Source: an uncultured Clostridia bacterium
Lineage (GTDB): Bacteria > Bacillota > Clostridia > TANB77 > CAG-508
Length of the DNA stretch: 64,000 nucleotides
Reading direction: 5' to 3'
NCBI GenBank assembly: GCA_934149075.1
Contig: CAKPDR010000009.1
Span: forward strand, 1,565 to 65,564
Part shown: positions 17,560 through 28,020 of the stretch, piece by piece
How positions within the stretch are numbered: the first letter of the stretch is position 1
How the letters are laid out: each line of letters starts with the position of its first letter
Translations under genes and position numbers: made by a program
The notes under the pieces: generated by a model
Seen by the model: only the letters and a program-made list of their open reading frames with translations
The model's database searches: none
Told to the model about the DNA's origin: nothing

Positions 17560-17862
17560 TTACATAAATTTCAAATAAATAACTAAAATAATCTCTAGAA
17601 TCAGTATTACCGGTAATCCTACTGTAAATTTAAGTTTTTTAGTTTTATGTCTAAACGTATACATTCCAGCAATAGTACCAATTCCTCCACCTAATGCAGT
17701 AACAATAAATAATGTTTGTTCTGGAATTCTCCATTTTCCCCACTTGGCTCTTCTTTTATCTGACCACATCATATAAAATCCTATTAGGTTTATAATCACT
17801 AAATAAATTATTATATTTCTTATAGAGAATATATCTCCTATTTGTATATTATTTTCTAGCAT
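17560..17862 (-). CDS. DUF1294 family membrane protein
   Basis: MWSDKRRAKWGKWRIPEQTLF...GGGIGTIAGMYTFRHKTKK is characteristic of DUF1294. Start placed at the ATG at 17862 after AAGGAAG. The upstream ORF-track codons are repeat sequence. Confidence 0.7.
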   Translation of the reverse strand: MLENNIQIGDIFSIRNIIIYLVIINLIGFYMMWSDKRRAKWGKWRIPEQTLFIVTALGGGIGTIAGMYTFRHKTKKLKFTVGLPVILILEIILVIYLKFM

Positions 17863-17875
17863 TTTTCTTCCTTTC

Positions 17876-18013
17876 TTACCAGTAGGGACACTCATTTCTG
17901 GTAATTTTTTTTACCAATAGGGACACCCTTTATATAATTTCATTAATTTTTTTCGCATAAGAGTGTCCCCTGTGGTAACTTTTTTTACCATTAATGGGTG
18001 TCCCCAATGGTAA
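17876..18013. repeat. four family-1 repeat units (two forward, two reverse)
   Basis: ttaccagtagggacactcatttctggtaa (17876-17904), ttaccaatagggacaccc (17911-17928), cgcataagagtgtcccctgtggtaa (17954-17978), ttaccattaatgggtgtccccaatggtaa (17985-18013). The last unit ends 1 nt before the polC stop codon. Confidence 0.8.
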
Positions 18014-18014
18014 A

Positions 18015-21000
18015 TTATCCAAACAAACTCAATTGATTACTTTGACTCATTCCTTCCAAGCAACCGAATTGACGTAATAATTCTGTTACAGAATCACCTA
18101 TTTTTGCACGTATTTTCATATCATCAATTGACATGAATTTTTCTTCTTCTCTTGCTCTCATTATGCTTTCAGCCGCAACTGAACCTAATCCAGCTATACT
18201 ATTTAAAGGAGGACGAATACTATCTCCTTCTACTAAAAATTTTGTTGCATGTGACTTATATAAATCTATTGGTAAAAATCTAAATCCTCTTTCATACATT
18301 TCTAATACTATTTCCAAGTCATCATACATATCTTTGTCTTTTGGTGTTGCTGCATTTCCCATCATATCTATTTCTTTCATTTTATTTTTTACTTTTTCTT
18401 TTCCATTTATCATTGCTTCCGCGTCAAACGCTTTTGCTCTAATTGAATAATATGCTGCATAATATGCAAGTGGAATATGTACTTTGAACCATGCTATTCT
18501 GAAAGCATTTGTCACATATGCTGCTGCATGGGCCTTTGGAAACATGTATTTAATTTTTTCACATGATTTTACATACCAATCAGGTACTCCATGTTCTTCC
18601 ATTAATGGTATATATTCGTCTTTCCATTTTGGTTCTTTACCTTTTGCTACTTTTCCTTTACGTACCGCTTCCATTATTTTAAATGCTTTGTCTGGTGGTA
18701 ATCCTTTTTGCATTAGATATACCATTATATCGTCACGACAACATATTGCTTCTTTTAATGTTACTATTCCTTGTTCTATTAATGTTTGGGCATTTCCTAA
18801 CCATACATCTGTACCATGTGATAATCCTGATAAACGTATTAGTTCATCAAATGTGGTTGGATGTGTGTCCATAAGCATCCCTCTTGCAAATTTTGTTCCA
18901 TATTCAGGTATTCCAAATGTTCCAACTTCTGAATGTATTTGTTCTGGTGTTACTCCTAGGGCTGTTGTTGAATTGAATATTGACATTGTTTCTTTGTCGT
19001 CTAACGGAATTGCTGTTGGTGCTACTCCTGTTATGTCTTGTAACATACGAATTACTGTCGGATCGTCGTGTCCCAGTATGTCTAATTTTAGTAAGTTTCC
19101 GTCTATTGAGTGATAATCAAAGTGTGTTGTTATTATGTCTGAGTTTGGATCATCAGCGGGATGTTGTACTGGTGTAAATTCATATATTTCTCTTCCTTTT
19201 GGTACTACAATTATTCCGCCTGGATGTTGTCCTGTTGTTCTTTTTATTCCAGTACATCCTGCTGAAAGCCTTGTTATTTCTGCTTTATTTACTGGTATAT
19301 TTCTTTCTTCGTAATATTTTTTAACATAACCAAATGCTGTTTTATCTGCAACTGTACCTACTGTTCCTGCTTTAAATGTTGTTCCTTTTCCAAAGATTAC
19401 TTCTGTATATTTATGTGCTTTTGCTTGATATTCTCCTGAGAAGTTTAAGTCTATATCTGGTTCTTTATCTCCATTAAATCCCAAGAATGTTTCAAATGGT
19501 ATGTCCATTCCATCTTTTGCTAATTTTGCACCACATTTGGGGCAGTCTTTATCTGGTAAGTCAAATCCATTTCCTACTCCATAATCTTCAAATTCTGAAT
19601 ATTTGCATTTTGGACATCTATAATGTGGCTTTAATGAGTTTACTTCTGTTATACCTGTCATATATGCTACAAGTGACGAACCTACTGACCCTCTTGATCC
19701 TACTATATATCCATCTTCATTTGATTTCCATACTAATTTTTGTGCTATTATATACATTACTGAATATCCATTACTTATTATTGAATTTAACTCTTTGTCA
19801 AGTCTTGCTTGTACTATTTCTGGCAATGGATCTCCATATAATTCATGTGCCTTGTTATAAGCTATGTTTTTTATATCTTCTTCACATCCTGGTATATGTG
19901 GTGGACATTTTTCAGGTGATATTGGATCTATTCTATCACACATATCTGATATTTTATTTGTGTTTGTTACAACTACTTCATATGCTTTTTCTTCTCCTAA
20001 ATAGCTAAACTCTTGTAACATTTCTTCTGTTGTTCTTAAATATAATGGTGCTTGATTATCTGCATCTTTATATCCTTGACCTGCTTCTAATATACGTCTG
20101 TATATTTCATCTTGTGGATCCATAAAATGGACATCACATGTTGCTACAACTAGTTTGTTTAGTTTTTCTCCTAATTCTACTATTTTACGATTTATGTCTT
20201 TTAAATATTCTCTATCTGGTACTTTTCCATCTCTTACTAAAAAATCATTGTTTCCTATTGGTTGAATTTCTAGATAATCATAATCTCTTGCTATATTTTC
20301 TATTTCTTCATCTGATTTTCCAAGTTCTATTGCTTGATATAATTCTCCCGCCTCACATGCACTTCCTAATATTAAACCTTCTGAATATTTTTTGTATATA
20401 CTTTTTAATATACGTGGTTTTTTATAAAAATAATGTAAATGTGAAAGAGATACTAATTTATATAAATTTCTTAGTCCAATATAATTTTTTGCTAATATTA
20501 TTGCATGATATGTATTTAATTTTTTGTATTCTTCTTTCTTAGCATTTTCATCTCTTCCTATGGTGTCTATTTCTTCAACCTTTGTAACTCCTCTATCTTT
20601 TAATTTTTGTATCATTACATTAAATACTTTAACTGTTGTATCTACATCATCTAATGCTCTATGTGCTACTTCTACTACTATTCCTAATTCATCTGCAATT
20701 TTACCAAGTTTGTATTTTTTCATATTTGGAAATATATCCTTTGCAAGTGTTAATGTGTCTATTACTGTATAATCAAATTCATATCCTAATGCTTTTGCGT
20801 TTTGCTTTAAAAATCCAACATCAAATTTTGCATTATGTGCAACAATTATTGAATCTCCTAAAAATTCTAGTATTTTGGGAAATACTTTATCAATTGTTTC
20901 TGCATCTTTTACCATTTCATCTGTTATGTTTGTAACATCTACAACTCTTTGTGGAATTGGTTTCTCTGGATTTACAAAACAACTAAATTCATCTATTACC

Positions 21001-22841
21001 TCTCCATTTTGTACTTTCATTATTCCAACTTCTGTTATTTTTTCTGTTACTGCTGAAAACCCTGTTGTCTCTAAGTCTAATACACAATAGGTTGTATCTA
21101 ATGGTTGGCCTTTTGCATTTGTTACTGAATTTTCTTTGTCTGGTGCAAGATATGCTTCTACTCCATAAATTACTTTCATATCTTGGTTATCTCTTCCAAG
21201 TAAATGATATGCTTCTGGGAATGCTTGTACAACTCCATGGTCTGTTATTGCTATTGATTTCATTCCCCAGCTCATTGCTCTTTTTATTAAATCCTCTGCT
21301 GATGTCATTGCATCCATTTGACTCATTTTTGTATGCATATGTAATTCTACTCTTTTTACTTCTGCATGGTCTTCTCTTTTTGTCTTTGGTAATGGTTCTG
21401 ACACTACTATTGTATTTGCCATTACAGTTAACTCATTTGAAAAAGCATCCATTTGAGCTCTTCCTGCTAATTTTATCGCTTTCGTTCCTTTTAATCTTTT
21501 TATGATTTTTTTTGCACTATTTCCAGGTAAAAAAGCTTTACATGTCATAGTACTTGTTCCATCATATATGTCTATACTTAAAATTACCTTTCCTGATTTT
21601 GTTTCTTTATCTTCCATTGCTTGTATTTCACCATCTATACATACATTTCCTGTTTCTGGGTTAATATCTACTATTTTTACAAGTGGATCACTTATATTCA
21701 CTGATGAACCTAAAATTAATGGCGTACTGTCATCTTCTTCTGGAAGTGGTGGCATTCCTTCATCTGATATTTCAGCAATTATATTTGCCATTACAGTTAT
21801 ATCTCCTGCATAACTATCAAATCCAGCTTTACCTGTTGTCTTTATTGCCTTTGCTGATTTTATTTTTTCTAATATTTCATTTCCTTTTGCTCCGTCTTCT
21901 GCAAATGATTTACATGTAATTATTCCTGTACCATCATATATTTCGTATATTAACATTCCTTTTCCTGTTTTTGTTTCTCTACATTCACTGTTTACAATTC
22001 TTCCTTCTAGTGTTACTCTTCCAGAATTAGCATCTAATTCTTTTATCTTCATTTTCTTTTCCTTAGCTCTTGATGGTTTTCCAAATATGATATTTTCTGC
22101 TTGTGGTAATTCTTCCATTTCTGGCATATATCCTAGTTCTTCTTCTGGTGGAATAGCATAATCTGCATCATTATATGGTCCTTCTGGAAGTGGTGGAATA
22201 TCTCCTTGTATTTCTGGAGTAGTGTATTGTTCTTCTTGATGTGTTCTTATTGCAATTCCTCTCATTGCTTCATGTACTGCTTGTTCTTCAATCTTTTTTG
22301 TCTTTTCTTGAAATGCTTTTACTTCTTGCTCTTTTATTTTTTCTTCTATATTTACTTTATACTTTTTTCCAAATAAATTATATATTACATTTTCAAGTTC
22401 TCTATCCAATTTTCTTGCTTTTAGGAAATCCGCTCCTTTTATTTGCATATATACATTTACTTTGTTATCGGTTAATTCTACTTTACTTTTTAATAATAGC
22501 AATGGTCTCATTAACGGATATTTATGTGCCATATAGCATATTAAATTTTCCCATTCATCATCAATTCTTTTTATATATATTCCTTCTGGATATGTCATTA
22601 GCATATGTACTTGTTCAAACTGAAATCTTTCTCTTAAGAATTTTTCAAAATACCATATTTCTTTTATTTCTATATATTCCTTTGAAGCCATACCTAGTTC
22701 CAATGTGTTTATTCTTTTTATAAAATTCATTTTTGTTATTACTACATCTGCTATATTACTGTTTGTTTTATAATCACTGAATACATCTCCAATTTTCCTA
22801 CTTTTCTTTATTTCTTGTACTTCTGCCATTTGTTTTTTCAT
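18015..22841 (-). CDS. polC: DNA polymerase III PolC-type, unusually long (1608 aa)
   Basis: Has a PHP domain (VELHMHTKMSQMD), a DEDDh exonuclease (VLDLETTGFS...HRALDD), a polymerase core and a zinc motif (CPKCKY...CPKCG). The N-terminal region carries two tandem OB-fold segments. Confidence 0.97.
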   Translation of the reverse strand: MKKQMAEVQEIKKSRKIGDVFSDYKTNSNIADVVITKMNFIKRINTLELGMASKEYIEIKEIWYFEKFLRERFQFEQVHMLMTYPEGIYIKRIDDEWENLICYMAHKYPLMRPLLLLKSKVELTDNKVNVYMQIKGADFLKARKLDRELENVIYNLFGKKYKVNIEEKIKEQEVKAFQEKTKKIEEQAVHEAMRGIAIRTHQEEQYTTPEIQGDIPPLPEGPYNDADYAIPPEEELGYMPEMEELPQAENIIFGKPSRAKEKKMKIKELDANSGRVTLEGRIVNSECRETKTGKGMLIYEIYDGTGIITCKSFAEDGAKGNEILEKIKSAKAIKTTGKAGFDSYAGDITVMANIIAEISDEGMPPLPEEDDSTPLILGSSVNISDPLVKIVDINPETGNVCIDGEIQAMEDKETKSGKVILSIDIYDGTSTMTCKAFLPGNSAKKIIKRLKGTKAIKLAGRAQMDAFSNELTVMANTIVVSEPLPKTKREDHAEVKRVELHMHTKMSQMDAMTSAEDLIKRAMSWGMKSIAITDHGVVQAFPEAYHLLGRDNQDMKVIYGVEAYLAPDKENSVTNAKGQPLDTTYCVLDLETTGFSAVTEKITEVGIMKVQNGEVIDEFSCFVNPEKPIPQRVVDVTNITDEMVKDAETIDKVFPKILEFLGDSIIVAHNAKFDVGFLKQNAKALGYEFDYTVIDTLTLAKDIFPNMKKYKLGKIADELGIVVEVAHRALDDVDTTVKVFNVMIQKLKDRGVTKVEEIDTIGRDENAKKEEYKKLNTYHAIILAKNYIGLRNLYKLVSLSHLHYFYKKPRILKSIYKKYSEGLILGSACEAGELYQAIELGKSDEEIENIARDYDYLEIQPIGNNDFLVRDGKVPDREYLKDINRKIVELGEKLNKLVVATCDVHFMDPQDEIYRRILEAGQGYKDADNQAPLYLRTTEEMLQEFSYLGEEKAYEVVVTNTNKISDMCDRIDPISPEKCPPHIPGCEEDIKNIAYNKAHELYGDPLPEIVQARLDKELNSIISNGYSVMYIIAQKLVWKSNEDGYIVGSRGSVGSSLVAYMTGITEVNSLKPHYRCPKCKYSEFEDYGVGNGFDLPDKDCPKCGAKLAKDGMDIPFETFLGFNGDKEPDIDLNFSGEYQAKAHKYTEVIFGKGTTFKAGTVGTVADKTAFGYVKKYYEERNIPVNKAEITRLSAGCTGIKRTTGQHPGGIIVVPKGREIYEFTPVQHPADDPNSDIITTHFDYHSIDGNLLKLDILGHDDPTVIRMLQDITGVAPTAIPLDDKETMSIFNSTTALGVTPEQIHSEVGTFGIPEYGTKFARGMLMDTHPTTFDELIRLSGLSHGTDVWLGNAQTLIEQGIVTLKEAICCRDDIMVYLMQKGLPPDKAFKIMEAVRKGKVAKGKEPKWKDEYIPLMEEHGVPDWYVKSCEKIKYMFPKAHAAAYVTNAFRIAWFKVHIPLAYYAAYYSIRAKAFDAEAMINGKEKVKNKMKEIDMMGNAATPKDKDMYDDLEIVLEMYERGFRFLPIDLYKSHATKFLVEGDSIRPPLNSIAGLGSVAAESIMRAREEEKFMSIDDMKIRAKIGDSVTELLRQFGCLEGMSQSNQLSLFG

Positions 22842-23023
22842 TCCTTCCTAGGATTTTTTTATCTCTTTTTGTCTTGGATTATATTATCATAAATTTATCT
22901 TTTTTTCAATAAAAATAAAAATTTGATAAATAATGAATATTTAAATTTTACACAAAAAGGTCTTGAAATTTTCACAATAAAATATTATTATATATAAAGC
23001 TTATAACAAAGGAGGAATTATCA

Positions 23024-23668
23024 ATGGCAAGAATAAGTAAAAAAGAAAAAGAAGCCGAAAAAATTGAAAAAGAAGAAAATGTAGAAAATTTAGAAAATCT
23101 TGAAGTTACTACAAATACTTCAAAAACAAAAAATATGGAAGATTTAAAAAATATTTTAGCAGAATTAAAAACTGTATTATCAAATCTAGACGTAAACATT
23201 TCTCAATTAGACTCATCAATTTCATCAAATAAAGAAATAGTAGATGATAAAAAAAATGATGAAATTACAGATAGTAATACACTTTTAATTTCTGAAACAC
23301 AAAGTAAAGTTGTATTACCTTATAAAATAGAAAATGTAAAAAAAATCTTAAATGAAAATTCTAAATATGAAACACTTCAAGATGTCATTAATGTAGAATA
23401 TACATTACCTATTACAAAATACAAGAACTCATCAAAATCACGATTTAAAGAAGCTTACAGTTTAATGCGTAAAAAAGAAAAAGCTTCTGTATTTGATAGC
23501 TTAAGTGTAGCTACAGAAATGACATTTAACAATTCTCTTAATCCTGCAGTCATAACTGCTTGCGAAAATTTAGATCAACTTGATGTATATGTTGATTGTT
23601 TATCTTCTAATAAACTTGACAAATTTAATTATTTTAAGGTAAAATATGAAGCTTTACCAAAAAAATAA
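23024..23668 (+). CDS. hypothetical protein (214 aa)
   Basis: GGAGG RBS. The N-terminus is Lys/Glu-rich. I recognise no family. Confidence 0.6.
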   Translation: MARISKKEKEAEKIEKEENVENLENLEVTTNTSKTKNMEDLKNILAELKTVLSNLDVNISQLDSSISSNKEIVDDKKNDEITDSNTLLISETQSKVVLPYKIENVKKILNENSKYETLQDVINVEYTLPITKYKNSSKSRFKEAYSLMRKKEKASVFDSLSVATEMTFNNSLNPAVITACENLDQLDVYVDCLSSNKLDKFNYFKVKYEALPKK

Positions 23669-23696
23669 GAAAAAACTATTTATATAGTTTTTTCTT
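23667..23696. terminator. bidirectional terminator between the hypothetical gene and ddl
   Basis: 13-bp stem aagaaaaaactat/atagttttttctt, flanked by A and T runs. Confidence 0.5.
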
Positions 23697-23705
23697 ATTT
23701 TTTGT

Positions 23706-24713
23706 TTAATTTTCATTATTTAAAGCTTTTTCAATTAATTTATCTAATAGCTCTGAATATGTAATTCCAATTGCTTCTAACAATTTTGGATACATACTTA
23801 TTTTGGTAAAACCCGGCATTGTATTTATTTCATTTATATATATTTTGTTTGTTTCTTTTTCTATAAAGAAATCTACTCTTGCCAAGCCTTTTCCATCAAT
23901 TGCTTTAAATGCTTTTACTGCAAGTTTCTTAATTTCTTCCATTTTGCTTTCTTCAATTTCTGCTGGAATAATAGTTTTTGACTCTTGAATATTATATTTT
24001 GCATCAAAACTATAAAATTCCTCTGCTGATATTATTTCTCCTACTGTTGATGCAATAATGTCTTTGTCTTCTAAAACAGCACATTCTATCTCTCTAGCAT
24101 CTATCCCCTGTTCTACTAAAATTTTATTATCATATTTTCCCGCATGTTCTATTGCCATTTTTAATTCACTATTATTGGTAGCTTTTTTTACTCCAATTGA
24201 AGATCCTGAATTAGATGGTTTTACAAACATTGGAAACTTTATTTTATCAGTTATTTTTTCTATTTTAAATTCTTCTTCTTCAAATTTTTCATCTATAATT
24301 GCATATCCATCCTTATTTTTCTTTATATATATATACGGTGCTTGGTCGATTCTAGCTTTTTCGAAAATAACTTTTGTATACACTTTATCCATCCCTATAC
24401 TTGAAGCCAAGACTCCACTTCCTACATATGGAATTTTTAACATTTCAAACATTCCTTGTATTGTGCCATCTTCTCCTCCTAATCCATGCAATACTGGAAA
24501 TAGAACATCTAAATCTTTTAAAGTCCATACTAAATTATATATCTCTTCCCTTTCACCACTACCTTTTTCAAAATATTTTCCATATTCATTTATATAAATC
24601 TCATGTATTTCATATTTTTCTTTATCTAAGTTTTCTATTATAGATTTTGCTGACATTACTGAAATATCATGTTCTGTTGATATTCCTCCATAAATAATAC
24701 CTAATTTTATCAT
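23706..24713 (-). CDS. ddl: D-alanine--D-alanine ligase
   Basis: ATP-grasp Ddl motifs (GGISTEHDISV, HGLGGEDGTIQG, NEINTMPGFT). Start placed at the ATG at 24713 after GGAGGG. Confidence 0.93.
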   Translation of the reverse strand: MIKLGIIYGGISTEHDISVMSAKSIIENLDKEKYEIHEIYINEYGKYFEKGSGEREEIYNLVWTLKDLDVLFPVLHGLGGEDGTIQGMFEMLKIPYVGSGVLASSIGMDKVYTKVIFEKARIDQAPYIYIKKNKDGYAIIDEKFEEEEFKIEKITDKIKFPMFVKPSNSGSSIGVKKATNNSELKMAIEHAGKYDNKILVEQGIDAREIECAVLEDKDIIASTVGEIISAEEFYSFDAKYNIQESKTIIPAEIEESKMEEIKKLAVKAFKAIDGKGLARVDFFIEKETNKIYINEINTMPGFTKISMYPKLLEAIGITYSELLDKLIEKALNNEN

Positions 24714-24832
24714 ATTACCCTCCAACTTTTTTATTATATTTATATGACTTTTATTTTTATTTATTCTAATTTTTCTCTATAGCACAGCATACATTTATAT
24801 TATGAATATTTATATTTCGAAAGGAGATTTTT

Positions 24833-26531
24833 ATGCCAATTTCTTTAAGTAATAAAAAGAAAATGAGAAATGCATTATTTATTGTTTTAATTGTTTTAAC
24901 ATTGCTAACAACAAGATTAGCTTATATTCAATTTGTATGGGGAGTCGAATTAAGTGAAAAAGCCGGAACTCAACAATCCCAAAGTAGAACTATAACAGCA
25001 AAAAGAGGTACTATTTATGACGCTACCGGAAAATATATTTTAGCAGAAAGTTCTAGTGTTGAATTTGTAAGTGTAAATCCAACAAATATTTCTGATAAAA
25101 ATAAAGAAATAGTTGCAAAAGCTTTGAGTAATATTTTTGAACTTGATTATGAAAAAGTATTAAAAAAAGTATCTAAAAGAAGTTCTATCGAAACAATTGT
25201 AAAAAAAGTTGATAAAGAAAAGGCTGATGAATTAAGAACTTGGATGGAACAAAACGGAATAACTACTGGTATTAATATTGATGAGGATTCTAAAAGATAT
25301 TATCCTTATGGAGATCTTGCTGCACAAGTTATCGGATTTTGTGGTAGTGATAATCAAGGTTTAGATGGTGTTGAAGCAAAATATGATGATGAATTAAAAG
25401 GTACTAATGGAAAAATAAATAGGCAAACCAATGCAGCTGGTGTTAGTCTTGGTGATGAAGATTATGTTGCTGCAATTGATGGAAATAATTTATATTTAAC
25501 TATTGATATGACAATTCAATCTATTGTTGAAAAATACTTAGAAGAAGCTTGTATTGATAATGTTTGTACAGATGGTGGAAGTATTATTGCGATGGATCCA
25601 CGTAATGGTGACATTTTAGCTATGGCAACCTATCCTAGTTATGATTTAAATTCACCTTATGAACCTCATACAGAGGAATTAAAATCTGAATGGAATACAA
25701 TGGATTCACAAGCAAAATCTATTGCATTACAGAGTATGTGGAGAAATAAAGCTGTTTCTGATACTTATGAACCTGGTTCAGTTTTTAAAACTGTTACTGC
25801 CTCTGCTGCTCTCCAAGAAGGTATTGTTACCAATATAGATCAACAAGGTCAATTCTGCTGTACTGGTTCAATTGAAGTTGCAAAAACTAGGATAAAATGT
25901 TGGAGATATTATAGACCACATGGTTCTGAAAGTTTAAGATTAGCTTTAATGAATTCTTGTAATCCTGTTTTTATAGGATTAGGACAAAAAATCGGTATTA
26001 CAAAATATTATGAATATTTACGAAAATTTGGATTATTTTCTAAAACTGGAATTAAACTTCCCGGTGAAGCAAATAGTATTTTTGTAAAAGAGGAAAAAGC
26101 TGGTCCTGTTGAACTAGCAACTATTAGTTTTGGTCAAAGATTCGAAATTACTCCTCTTCAAATGATTACTGCAGTTTCTTCTATTGCTAATAATGGTGTT
26201 TATATAAAGCCTCGTATTGTTAGAAGTGTCCAAAATAGTGTGACTGGCGAAATTACTGATATGCCTATTGAAACTGGTGAACAAATTATTTCAAAAGAAA
26301 ACGCTCAAAAAGTTCTTAGTATGATGAATAGTGTTGTTTCTGAGGGTACTGGAAAAAATGCAAGAGTTGAAGGTTATCAAGTGGGTGGAAAAACTGGTAC
26401 TTCTGAAGATGGTGTTAATACTGGAAAATATGTTACTTCCTTTTGCGGTGTTGCTGAAACTGATAATCCTGAAATTGTTTTATTAATTACTTTATATAAT
26501 CCAACTGGTGAGGGGGGACATCAAGGAGGTG
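24833..26531 (+). CDS. class-B penicillin-binding protein (SpoVD/FtsI/PBP2 family), 5' segment, interrupted
   Basis: TM anchor, PBP dimerisation domain, and transpeptidase motifs SVFK, SCN and KTGT. Homology ends at ...GEGGHQGG. The ORF track then reads an unrelated tail, AWLILSLHIIL*, to 26566. Confidence 0.85.
26518..26531. repeat. left copy of the 14-bp direct repeat ACATCAAGGAGGTG (putative attL core)
   Basis: Identical 14-mer at 31854-31867. The flanking bases differ immediately outside it. Confidence 0.8.
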
Positions 26532-26629
26532 CGTGGCTCATTTTGTCACTACATATCATTCTATAATGTTTAAACATTCAAAAAGAGTAATGGATAGCTT
26601 ATTTATGCTATCCATTACTCTTTTAAAGG

Positions 26630-27205
26630 TTAATCAAAGTTAACTTCAGGTACTTTTTTCGCACTCTCATCAGCTTCAAAATACTGCATTGGATAATATC
26701 CACTCATTCCAGCAATAAAACTACTTGGGATACTCTGTACTTTGGTATTATAAGCCTTTACTTTCTCATTATAATACTGTCTTGCTACAGAAATTCTATT
26801 TTCAGTTCCAGCTAATTCATCCTGTAATGCAATGAATTGTTCACTTGCTTTAAGCTCCGGATAATTCTCCGAAATTGCAAGTAATCTTCCTAGTGCAGAG
26901 TCTAAAGCATTGTTTGCTTCACTGATACTTTCAATATTTCCACTTTCAATACTTCCTGAAAGTTTCGCTCTCGCATCAGCAATTTCGGTAAATACTTCTT
27001 TCTCATGAGTTGCATAGCCTTTAACCGTTGCTACAAGATTCGGAATAAGGTCGCTCCGTCTCTGAAGTGTTGTCTCAATTTGAGACTGCTGCATTTCGAC
27101 ATCTTCTTTCAAAGATACCAAACTGTTTTTGGTTCCAAAAAACCAAAATGCTACCAAAATTACTACTGCAATTACTCCAAATAATACGCTTCTTCCACTC
27201 TTCAT
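26630..27205 (-). CDS. lemA: LemA family protein
   Basis: 191 aa with an N-terminal TM helix and the motif QRRSDLIPNLVATVKGYATHEKEVF. Confidence 0.9.
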   Translation of the reverse strand: MKSGRSVLFGVIAVVILVAFWFFGTKNSLVSLKEDVEMQQSQIETTLQRRSDLIPNLVATVKGYATHEKEVFTEIADARAKLSGSIESGNIESISEANNALDSALGRLLAISENYPELKASEQFIALQDELAGTENRISVARQYYNEKVKAYNTKVQSIPSSFIAGMSGYYPMQYFEADESAKKVPEVNFD

Positions 27206-27258
27206 GTAAATTACCTCCTAAAGTTTTGATTTTTTGTTTTCAATTTACAATTTGATTG

Positions 27259-28020
27259 TTATCTTGAGGCACCACCACCTCCGGAAAAACCTCCGCCGAA
27301 TCCTCCACCGGAAAATCCTCCGCCCGAAAATCCTCCACTAGAAAATCCTCCTGATGAACTTCCTCCACCACAGATAACTCCAATAATAATTAATGCAATA
27401 AGAATTATAACAATAATTATCAGTGCCCATGATGGTAATTCCTCATCAGAATCAGCTTCTTCATCAACAGAAATCTTACTTTCCACACCCTGAATTGATA
27501 TTTCATATTCTTCAGCCAAAACATTTAAAACTGCTTTAACAGTCATTTCTGTTGCTTTAGTATACTCATTATTTTCACGGTAAGGGACAAAATATTTGTC
27601 AAGAATTCGACCACATTTTGAGTCATTTAAGGCTCCTTCTAGTCCTCTGCCAATTTCAAGTCTAACTTTTTTATCAGACCGAGAAAATAGCAGTAGTGCT
27701 CCGTTGTCTTTTCCCTTTTTGCCAATTCCTAAAGTATTAAATAGATTATTTGCATAATCTTCAATACTTCTATCAAGCAGACTTTTTACTGATACAACAG
27801 CAAACTCTGCTTCTGTCTTTTCTTCAAGTTCTACCAGCATTTTGTTGAGTTTCTTTTCTACATCATCATCAATAATGTTATCATCATCATAGATGTAGAC
27901 ATCTTTCTCAATTTTGGGAATTGGAATTTTCTCTACTGATGTGGTACATCCAGTAATCATACTCACAAGTATAATTACCACCATAAATAGTGCATAAGAA
28001 GTTATCCGTTTTTTTCTCAT
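27259..28020 (-). CDS. TPM-domain lipoprotein with a Gly-rich C-terminal tail
   Basis: Lipobox ITGC. TPM/YgcG-like domain (YIYDDDNIIDDD...FAVVSV...GKKGKDNGALLLFS). One TM helix. Tail GGFSSGGFSGGGFSGGGFGGGFSGGGGASR. Confidence 0.8.
   Translation of the reverse strand: MRKKRITSYALFMVVIILVSMITGCTTSVEKIPIPKIEKDVYIYDDDNIIDDDVEKKLNKMLVELEEKTEAEFAVVSVKSLLDRSIEDYANNLFNTLGIGKKGKDNGALLLFSRSDKKVRLEIGRGLEGALNDSKCGRILDKYFVPYRENNEYTKATEMTVKAVLNVLAEEYEISIQGVESKISVDEEADSDEELPSWALIIIVIILIALIIIGVICGGGSSSGGFSSGGFSGGGFSGGGFGGGFSGGGGASR

Noticed and set aside
18015-22841. Extra length of PolC as an intein or inserted mobile domain
   Set aside because: The extra residues lie in the N-terminal region and align with the neighbouring OB domain as a duplication. 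I saw no intein splice-junction motifs (Cys/Ser ... HN-Cys/Ser/Thr) and no homing endonuclease block.
27262-27370. Repetitive GGAGGA/TCCTCC-rich DNA at the 3' ends of the TPM genes, considered as a DNA-level repeat or RBS-like array
   Set aside because: It is in frame and encodes the Gly/Ser/Phe-rich C-terminal tails (GGFSGGGF...) common in TPM-domain proteins. This is a protein-level low-complexity region rather than a nucleic-acid element.
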